From: Candidatus Thalassarchaeaceae archaeon | GTDB lineage: Archaea; Thermoplasmatota; Poseidoniia; MGIII; CG-Epi1 | Reading direction: 5' to 3' | DNA length: 62,931 bases | NCBI GenBank assembly: GCA_963578705.1 | Contig: CAUZDT010000001.1 | Span: 1-62,931 of the forward strand | The notes under the pieces: generated by a model | Told to the model about the DNA's origin: nothing | The model's input: only the letters and a program-made list of their open reading frames with translations | Database searches by the model: none | Part shown: piece by piece, positions 57,075 through 62,931 of the stretch | How positions within the stretch are numbered: position 1 is the first letter of the stretch | Layout: each line of letters starts with the position of its first letter | Program-made: the position numbers and the translations under genes

Positions 57075-57833
57075 TCAGCCGGCGTGCACCGCCCCGATAA
57101 TGGGCTGCAGCTCCTCCTTGACCATCGACGACCGCTCGACCAGCGTTCCCGTCACCACCATGTCGGCGCCCGCCGCCACCGCCGCGGCCGCCGCGTCAAC
57201 GGTGCGGATGCCGCCGCCGACAATCAGCAGCGCCTTAATCGCCTCGCGGACGGCGGCGACAATCGCCGGCGGCACTGGCTCGCTAGCGCCCGAGCCCGCC
57301 TCGAGGTAGATGAAACGCATGCCGAACAGCTCGCCCGCCATCGCATGCGCGACCGCCGGCGCCGGGTCGTCGCGCGGCAGCGGCTTCGCCTTGCCGACGC
57401 GCGCCGCGGCCATACCGGGCTCGACAATCAGGTATGCCATCGAGAGCGGCTGGAGCCCAGACTGGTGGACCATCGCGGCGCTCGCAATCTGTTCGCCGAC
57501 GAGGAAGCGCCGCTCGGTGCTGTTGAGCAGCGACATGAAGAAAATCGCGTCCGCCTTCGTGGAGACCGCCTTGGCGACGGTCGGGAAGAGGATTACCGGT
57601 AGGTGCGACTGCTCCTTGATTTCAACCACCGCCGCGTCGACCCGGTCGAGCGAGAGGCCGGTCGAGCCGCCGACCATGATGACGTCGGTGCCCGCCTCAG
57701 CTGCGCCGCGCGCCATGTGCCCAATGGTGGCGGTATCGCTCTTGCCGGGGTCGAGCAGCGTCAGGTGTAACGGCCGCTCGCGGCGCAATTTCAGCAGTCG
57801 CTGGTAGACTTCCAAACGCGTGGACAGCGCCAA
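57075..57833 (-). CDS. Geranylgeranylglyceryl phosphate synthase (PcrB/GGGPS family)
   Basis: HLTLLDPGK, IMVGGS, ILFP, FFMSLLNS, YLIVEPG, FIYLEAGSGA, LIVGGGIRT, MVVTGT: the GGGPS blocks. TTG start at 57833. Confidence 0.88.
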   Translation of the reverse strand: MALSTRLEVYQRLLKLRRERPLHLTLLDPGKSDTATIGHMARGAAEAGTDVIMVGGSTGLSLDRVDAAVVEIKEQSHLPVILFPTVAKAVSTKADAIFFMSLLNSTERRFLVGEQIASAAMVHQSGLQPLSMAYLIVEPGMAAARVGKAKPLPRDDPAPAVAHAMAGELFGMRFIYLEAGSGASEPVPPAIVAAVREAIKALLIVGGGIRTVDAAAAAVAAGADMVVTGTLVERSSMVKEELQPIIGAVHAG

Positions 57834-57852
57834 GGGCCCCCTAAAAGCGGTT

Positions 57853-58557
57853 TCACTCCCAGTCGAAGTCGAAATCTTCCTCTTTTTCCTCGACTACCGC
57901 CACCGCTCCAGCCACAACCGGGGCGGCCGCGACCGCGACCGGCTCTACTGCAACCGCGACCGGCTCGGCAGCCGCCACCACCACTTCGGCCGCCGCGGGC
58001 TCCGCAACCTCGGCCGCCTTCTGGGGGTCGGGGAAGCTGGCCATACGGCGGCCGGGGAGCTGCGCCATGCCCTCGTCGGGAGTCATCTCGTTGCGCAGCT
58101 TCAGCACGGTGTCCTTGTCGACCTGGACGTAGGTGTCGGCGTAATCGCCGCCGCCGACGAAGACAGGGTAGCTGACGTATTCACGCCGCCGTCGCGCAGC
58201 GCGCACCGGGCGCGGGGGGAGCGGGACCCGCGGTTGCGCGGCCGCCGGCGCAGGCACCGCGCCGGCGGCTGTAGTAACGGCAAGCGGACCGGCGACCGCG
58301 TCAATCGAGGGCTTGCGCCGCCGCTTGCGCCGCTGGCCGCCGCCCTGCGGGGCGGAGGTGCGCAGCCACATCAGGAAGAAGATTGCCGCCAGCAGTGTCA
58401 TTGCCAGCACCGCGGCGACGCCAGTCTCGATGACGCCGAGCACGGTCAGGAATATGACTGCCAGCACCACCATAATCGAGACTGCCATCAGCAGCAGCAC
58501 CGGACGGCCACCGGCTGGCGGCTGGCGCTTGCGTCCCTGTTTCTTCCTGCGAGCCAT
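57853..58557 (-). CDS. Hypothetical two-TM membrane protein with Ala/Val/Pro/Glu-rich region and acidic C-terminus (...EEKEEDFDFDWE)
   Basis: This is the only credible part of the 802-aa ORF 57853..60261, the rest being antisense to thrS. From ATG 58557 it reads MARRKKQGRKRQ, then two TM helices, a basic patch, YVSYPVFVGGGDYADTYVQVDKDTVLKL, low complexity and an acidic aromatic tail. Confidence 0.55.
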   Translation of the reverse strand: MARRKKQGRKRQPPAGGRPVLLLMAVSIMVVLAVIFLTVLGVIETGVAAVLAMTLLAAIFFLMWLRTSAPQGGGQRRKRRRKPSIDAVAGPLAVTTAAGAVPAPAAAQPRVPLPPRPVRAARRRREYVSYPVFVGGGDYADTYVQVDKDTVLKLRNEMTPDEGMAQLPGRRMASFPDPQKAAEVAEPAAAEVVVAAAEPVAVAVEPVAVAAAPVVAGAVAVVEEKEEDFDFDWE

Positions 58558-58713
58558 GGTTCGACGGGCGCCGAGCACTCTCGACTTGGTATAAGGGTTA
58601 CCCGGGGGCAGCCCTTTATCCGGCAGGCGCGTCGCGGAAACATGAAGCTGGCGCCAGTGCACGCCGGGAGCCCCCGCCCCGAAGGACGCGACCGCCAGAC
58701 GGGCGGCGACTGA

Positions 58714-60666
58714 ATGGCGTTGATTACCGTTGACGTCGGGACCGACGCCGCCCACGAATACGCTCGCGGCATCACCGCCGGCGAGGTTATTGCCAACGTC
58801 CACGGGCGCAAGTCCGGTGCGGTCGCCGCGCTCGTCGACGGCGAGGAGCGCGACTTCTCGCACGTCCTCGACGGCGATTGCACCGTCACCCCCATCCCCG
58901 GCGAGTCCGACGCGGGGCTCTACATCCTGCGCCATTCGTGCGCGCATCTGCTGGCACAGGCGGTCACCGAGCTCCACTCCGACGCGAAGCCGACCATTGG
59001 GCCGCCCATCGAGCACGGCTTCTACTACGACTTCCAGATGGACCCAGTCAGCGAAGAGCAGCTGCGCGCCATCGGGAAGCGCATGAAGCAGCTGGTGAAG
59101 CAGAACCTCAGGCTCGAGCGCGAGGAGCTCGGCAACGCCGCGCTGCGCAAGCTCTTTGGCGACAATAAGTTCAAGCTCGAAATCCTCGACGACAAGCTCG
59201 GCCACGACGTCGGCTCGTCCGCCTACCGGCAGGGCGACTTTGTCGACCTCTGCCGCGGGCCGCACGTTCCCAGCACGGCGCACTTGCGCTGGTTCAAGCT
59301 CACCAGCACCAGTCAGGCGTACTGGCGCGCCGACCGCGAACGCGTATCGCTGGTGCGCATCTACGGCCTCTGCTACGCGACGAAGGATGGCCTCCGGACC
59401 CGCGAGCGCCAGCTCGAGGAAGCGGCGAAGCGCGACCACCGCAAAATCGGCCGCGAGATGGAGCTCTACATGATTGACGAGCTGCTCGGCAAGGGGCTGC
59501 CGGTCTGGCTCCCGCACGGCGAAGTGCTCAAGGGCGAAATCGAGCGCTACGCTGTCGAGACCGAGGAGACGTACGGCTACGTCCGCGTCACGACGCCGGT
59601 CCTCGGCAAGCAGCAGCTCTTCGAGGCGAGCGGCCACCTGCCGCACTACGCCGACTCGATGTATCCGCCGATGGAGATGGACGACGGCACCTACTACCTG
59701 AAGGCGATGAACTGCCCCATGCACCACCTCGTCTTCCGCCACCGCAAGCGCAGCTACCGTGAGCTGCCGCTGCGCATCGCTGAATACGGCACCGTCTACC
59801 GCAACGAGCTTTCGGGAACGCTCAGTGGGCTGCTGCGCGTGCGCATGCTCTCGATGAATGACGCACATATCTACTGCACGCTCGAGCAAGTCGCCGCCGA
59901 AGTAGCAGCCAACATTCGCATGGCACAGGACTACTACGCCACCTTCGGCTTCAACGACTACAGCTTTTGCCTCTCGCTCTGGGACCCGGAAAAGAAGGAA
60001 AAATACATCGACCAGCCGCAAAACTGGGAAGCGACGCAGGACCACCTGCGGGGCATCCTCGACGACCTCGGCGTCGAATACGAGGAAGCCATCGGCGAAG
60101 CGGCCTTCTACGGGCCGAAGGTCGACATCCAGTTCACCACCGCGCTCGGCCGCGAGGAGTCGATAGCGACAATCCAGCTCGACTTCGCCGCCAAGGAGCG
60201 CTTCGGGCTGGGCTTCATGGACGAAACCGGCACGGAGAACGGCGAGGTGTTCGTCATCCACCGCGCGCCGCTATCGACCCACGAGCGCTTCGTCGCGTTC
60301 CTCACCGAGCAGTGGATGGGCAACTTCCCGACCTGGCTCGCGCCGGTGCAGGTGCAGGTTATCACCATCTCCGAAAAGCACCGCGACTATGCCGCAAAGG
60401 TACGCGATGCGCTGGCGGCAGCCGGCATCCGTGTGCGGGTCGACGACTCGGACCACACCATCGGCAAGAAAATCCGCACGCACCGCAAGATGCGTCCGGC
60501 CTACATGCTCATCCTCGGCGACGAGGAGGTCGCGGGCAACACCGTCGGTATTCGCGCCCGCGACGGGGGGCAGCGCAATGGCGTCCCGCTCGCCGACTTC
60601 GTCGCGGCCCTCGTTGCCGAGGTCGCGAGCCGTAGCCCGGAGCTGCGGCTCGTGTCGGGCGAGTAG
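58714..60666 (+). CDS. thrS: Threonyl-tRNA synthetase (with TGS and editing domains)
   Basis: TGS-like N-terminus, HSCAHLLAQA (editing-domain Zn/His block), RDHRKIGRE, MNCPMH, FVIHRAPLSTHERF, and a C-terminal anticodon-binding domain. 650 aa. Confidence 0.95.
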   Translation: MALITVDVGTDAAHEYARGITAGEVIANVHGRKSGAVAALVDGEERDFSHVLDGDCTVTPIPGESDAGLYILRHSCAHLLAQAVTELHSDAKPTIGPPIEHGFYYDFQMDPVSEEQLRAIGKRMKQLVKQNLRLEREELGNAALRKLFGDNKFKLEILDDKLGHDVGSSAYRQGDFVDLCRGPHVPSTAHLRWFKLTSTSQAYWRADRERVSLVRIYGLCYATKDGLRTRERQLEEAAKRDHRKIGREMELYMIDELLGKGLPVWLPHGEVLKGEIERYAVETEETYGYVRVTTPVLGKQQLFEASGHLPHYADSMYPPMEMDDGTYYLKAMNCPMHHLVFRHRKRSYRELPLRIAEYGTVYRNELSGTLSGLLRVRMLSMNDAHIYCTLEQVAAEVAANIRMAQDYYATFGFNDYSFCLSLWDPEKKEKYIDQPQNWEATQDHLRGILDDLGVEYEEAIGEAAFYGPKVDIQFTTALGREESIATIQLDFAAKERFGLGFMDETGTENGEVFVIHRAPLSTHERFVAFLTEQWMGNFPTWLAPVQVQVITISEKHRDYAAKVRDALAAAGIRVRVDDSDHTIGKKIRTHRKMRPAYMLILGDEEVAGNTVGIRARDGGQRNGVPLADFVAALVAEVASRSPELRLVSGE

Positions 60667-60726
60667 TCCGAAGCGGCCTTTTCCGACGGCTGTGCCATCG
60701 CAAAACTGTTCGCTTTGCTCATGACG

Positions 60727-60785
60727 CAACCGGTCGCCGGCTGTCGCCAGCGACCGGTTGCTCGACCAAAATAAAAAGAAAATAG
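60727..60785. terminator. Bidirectional terminator-like element between thrS and tRNA-Ser
   Basis: A perfect 11-bp inverted repeat CAACCGGTCGC (60727..60737) / GCGACCGGTTG (60750..60760) is followed by an A-rich run at 60768..60784. On the minus strand that run reads CTATTTTCTTTTTATTTTGG immediately after the tRNA-Ser 3' end. Confidence 0.55.
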
Positions 60786-60871
60786 TGGCGCAGAGGGAGG
60801 GATTTGAACCCCCGTGAGCGATGCTCACCGGCTTTCAAGGCCGGCGCCATACCGGGCTAGGCGACCTCTGC
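60786..60871 (-). tRNA. tRNA-Ser (anticodon TGA), 3' CCA encoded
   Basis: The reverse complement is GCAGAGGTCGCCTAGCCCGGTATGGCGCCGGCCTTGAAAGCCGGTGAGCATCGCTCACGGGGGTTCAAATCCCTCCCTCTGCGCCA. Anticodon arm CCGGC-CTTGAAA-GCCGG. Long variable arm typical of Ser. Confidence 0.92.
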
Positions 60872-60944
60872 AAAAATGAATCGTGCTGGCGCAGCCAAAG
60901 AGGGCGGGCAAAAAGGACTGGCCGCTGTCTTCTCGACGACAGAC

Positions 60945-61175
60945 CTAGCGGCGGCCTCGTGCCATCGGGGACCGGCTTACATCGCCACTCTTGTCGATGT
61001 AGTACAGATAGCCGTCTTCCCTCGAGACACCAGCGGTCGCCACCAGTTCGGGACCGCCACCAGTTCTTTTTCCACCACGGGCCATTGCTGTTCTCCAGAC
61101 GTGCCCGTCCTTGCCCAGGTAATAGAGGTACCCGGCCTGCTTGCTTACTCCGGTTGATTTGACTACTTCAGCCAT
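60945..61175 (-). CDS. Hypothetical small basic protein made of two tandem about 33-aa repeats (GYLYY..K.G.V.R..MARG)
   Basis: 76 aa. Repeat 1 is GVSKQAGYLYYLGKDGHVWRTAMARGGK and repeat 2 is GVSREDGYLYYIDKSGDVSRSPMARGRR. Normal codon composition and ATG start. Confidence 0.6.
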   Translation of the reverse strand: MAEVVKSTGVSKQAGYLYYLGKDGHVWRTAMARGGKRTGGGPELVATAGVSREDGYLYYIDKSGDVSRSPMARGRR

Positions 61176-61287
61176 GGGGAGTCACTGGAGCCCGAGTCGC
61201 AATTTGTCCTATATAAGTTTACCCCTGTTCACGACGACGCTATCGTCGAGAGCCATACCGCCTTAAATCCGCCCGGAATCGGGAGGT

Positions 61288-61521
61288 ATGGCGGTCGGCT
61301 TTATCCTCATCAAGACTGAGCCCTCCAAAGAGCAGCAGGTCTACGAAGCGCTCGGAAGCGTGGAGGAAATCGTGGAGCTGCACCCGCTCTTTGGCGAATT
61401 TGACCTGATGGCCAAGATCAACACCGACGATTTCTACGACCTGGGACAGGTGGTGGTGCAGAAGATTCGCACCGTCGAGGGAGTCCAGGACACGCAGACC
61501 CATCCGGCGACCAAGCTCTGA
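61288..61521 (+). CDS. Stand-alone Lrp/AsnC ligand-binding (RAM) domain protein
   Basis: 77 aa. AVGFILIKTEPSKEQQVYEALGSVEEIVELHPLFGEFDLMAKINTDDFYDLGQVVVQKIRTVEGVQDTQTH matches the AsnC_trans_reg domain without an HTH. Confidence 0.8.
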   Translation: MAVGFILIKTEPSKEQQVYEALGSVEEIVELHPLFGEFDLMAKINTDDFYDLGQVVVQKIRTVEGVQDTQTHPATKL

Positions 61522-61593
61522 ACGGCCGGCAGCGGCCGCCGCCGTTTTCGACGGCAGCCTAATAAGGCACAGCTAAATCGCCGGGTGATAACT

Positions 61594-62085
61594 ATGTTTA
61601 CCACGGAGCTGCTGGGTTATTTGTGGAATTTTGAATTCTTCGTAGCCGCATTCCTGTTCGGCCTCGGACTGGCTACGCTCGGCTCAGGCCTGTTCACCGC
61701 CTACTTCGGCGCCGGCAAGTCGCAGCAGATTGGCTTCGGGCTGATTGTAATGGCGATACTTGTGCTGGGCCTGCAGTACCACCAGACCTACATCGCCGAC
61801 CCGGCGACCTTCGACGCGGCCAACTTCCGCTACGGCCTCATCGCGGCAATCGCGGCGATGGTTGGCATGGGGGCCGGGATGTTTGCAGTGCTCTTCATCC
61901 TGATGAAGGTCGACACCGTGGATGACCTCGAAGACCTCGATCTGGAAGACCTCGAAGACCTCGACCTTGACGAGGAACTGAAGAAGCTCGAAGAGGAACT
62001 GGCAGCCGCGGACGGCGGCGACGTTTCTGACGACGGAGGCGATGACGCCCCCACCGAGGACGCTGACAAGGAGGACAAGGCATGA
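61594..62085 (+). CDS. Hypothetical membrane protein (about 4 TM) with acidic DLEDLEDLDL repeat tail
   Basis: Hydrophobic N-terminal two-thirds, then VDDLEDLDLEDLEDLDLDEELKKLEEELAAADGGDVSDDGGDD.... ATG 61594 chosen; GTG 61585 is an alternative. Confidence 0.6.
   Translation: MFTTELLGYLWNFEFFVAAFLFGLGLATLGSGLFTAYFGAGKSQQIGFGLIVMAILVLGLQYHQTYIADPATFDAANFRYGLIAAIAAMVGMGAGMFAVLFILMKVDTVDDLEDLDLEDLEDLDLDEELKKLEEELAAADGGDVSDDGGDDAPTEDADKEDKA
61924..61971 (+). repeat. In-frame short tandem repeat (GAAGACCTCGA-based, 12/24-nt period) encoding (DLE/DLD)n
   Basis: The sequence gacctcgaagacctcgatctggaagacctcgaagacctcgaccttgac is directly visible. Confidence 0.8.
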
Positions 62086-62372
62086 GCGCAGAAATGACGC
62101 TGGCACTAACCCTCTTCACGGTCGGCTTCGCAATCGTGCTGCTCGGAATGGGCGCGCTGGTGGCGTACTACGGCAGCAAGAAGACGCGCTACGCCGGGTT
62201 TGGGTTCATCCTGCTCGGGGCAGTCGCAACCGGGTACTGGAACTCGCAGTCGTTTGCAGGCGGCGCCTGGGCCGAGGTGGCGATGCTCGACTCGATGCTG
62301 GCGGTCGCGGGCGGTTTCGCCGGCGCGATTGTGGGCGTGATAATCTTCCTCGTGGCGATTATCAAGTCCTGA
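62082..62372 (+). CDS. Hypothetical small membrane protein, paralogue of the N-terminal part of the preceding gene
   Basis: 96 aa, 3 TM. LGMGALVAYYGSKKTRYAGFGFILLGAVATGYW parallels LGSGLFTAYFGAGKSQQIGFGLIVMAILVLGLQY in the upstream protein. The start overlaps the upstream stop (ATGA). Confidence 0.6.
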   Translation: MSAEMTLALTLFTVGFAIVLLGMGALVAYYGSKKTRYAGFGFILLGAVATGYWNSQSFAGGAWAEVAMLDSMLAVAGGFAGAIVGVIIFLVAIIKS

Positions 62373-62383
62373 AACCTTAAAGT

Positions 62384-62931
62384 ATGGCAGTTCGCCGTGC
62401 CGCCGTGGCTTCACTCTGGAGCGCGGGCAAACCCGGCGAGGATGATGACGGCGAGCCCGAGGACGCTGAATTAATCGCTGAAGCGGCCGAAGAGACAGAA
62501 GCCGCCGAGCCGATAGCTGAATCCAGGGAGGATGCTGACGCGCCCGATGAAGATGCGGAGGACGCAGCCCCGGAGGAGGCGGAAGCCGAGCCCGAAGAGG
62601 CCGGCGAGGAGCTGGACCTCTCCAGCGATGCGCTGCAACCTGAGCGGGACGAGCCGGTCGCGGCGCCTTCTGCTTTCCCACCATTGCTACAGCGCGCCGA
62701 AAATCTCGACATGCGCGTCGTCGGCGCCATTGGCGCGGTTGCCATTTTGCTGCTGACTGCCGTCGCGGTCGTGATGCTGGGCGGCGCGGTCGAGGTGACG
62801 GTACCCCGTGAGCGGTACGGTGATTCTGCGACTTACGCGGTGACGGGGCAGGTTAACCTCGAGAGCCCGGTCGGCATCCCGCTGCCGTTCCTGGGCGAAG
62901 ACATCGAAGTTAACGAGATCCACGTTGACTG
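62384..62931 (+). CDS. Hypothetical protein, 3'-truncated by window end: acidic N-terminal region, one TM, extracytoplasmic start
   Basis: Open frame from ATG 62384 to the window end with no stop, so it is absent from the ORF track. It reads MAVRRAAVASLW..., then a very acidic Glu/Asp/Ala/Pro stretch, then TM VVGAIGAVAILLLTAVAVVMLGG. Confidence 0.55.
   Translation, partial: MAVRRAAVASLWSAGKPGEDDDGEPEDAELIAEAAEETEAAEPIAESREDADAPDEDAEDAAPEEAEAEPEEAGEELDLSSDALQPERDEPVAAPSAFPPLLQRAENLDMRVVGAIGAVAILLLTAVAVVMLGGAVEVTVPRERYGDSATYAVTGQVNLESPVGIPLPFLGEDIEVNEIHVD

Noticed and set aside
56001-57602. 533-aa plus-strand ORF
   Set aside because: It is antisense to the DUF2070-like gene and to GGGP synthase, and it is Arg-rich junk.
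57853-60261. 802-aa ORF on the minus strand
   Set aside because: Most of it is antisense to an unmistakable threonyl-tRNA synthetase and has Ala/Arg/Val/Leu-rich GC-artefact composition. Only the 3' part from ATG 58557 (two-TM protein) lies outside thrS and looks real.

Overview
Annotation was done by eye from the six-frame ORF track and motif memory. No searches or computations were run beyond hand counting. The window is a gene-dense, high-GC archaeal chromosome segment; spot counts of 60-nt lines give about 65-75% G+C in most genes. Archaeal identity rests on the S12-S7-aEF-2-aEF-1alpha-S10 cluster, aEF-1beta, TFS, archaeal DnaG, archaeal-type GluRS, LeuS and TIM, and GGGP synthase. An unlinked 5S rRNA, a Thermoplasma-type L-threonine dehydrogenase, a Zn-ferredoxin-like gene, bacterial-type GroES/GroEL and a PlsC-like acyltransferase suggest a Thermoplasmatota / Marine Group II-III-like lineage. 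That placement is inference only. I call about 65 CDS, 4 tRNAs (Leu-TAA, Ala-CGC, Thr-TGT, Ser-TGA, all with encoded CCA and no introns) and one orphan 5S rRNA. I also call several AT-rich TATA-like boxes about 25 nt upstream of apparently leaderless start codons, two terminator-like hairpin/T-tract elements and two in-frame tandem repeats. No CRISPR array, transposase or integrase was seen. The most interesting regions follow. (1) An AT-richer cphB-cphA (cyanophycinase / cyanophycin synthetase) island at 9406..12949 sits between gyrB and an aspartate dehydrogenase/aminotransferase pair. (2) A three-gene operon encodes a DUF59-Mrp/ApbC-DUF971 fusion, a radical SAM protein with a CCAEP tail, and an Nfu scaffold with a Gly-rich repeat tail ending CSAC. 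(3) An ABC-2 permease, an atypical ABC ATPase and a 789-aa cytoplasmic beta-propeller/coiled-coil protein are translationally coupled. (4) GGGP synthase lies in an operon with a DUF2070-like membrane protein, while a bacterial-type PlsC and an AIG1-like membrane protein lie elsewhere in the window. (5) Two divergent gene pairs are each separated by exactly 49 nt with one central TATA-like element. Many long ORFs in the track are GC-driven antisense artefacts and were rejected.
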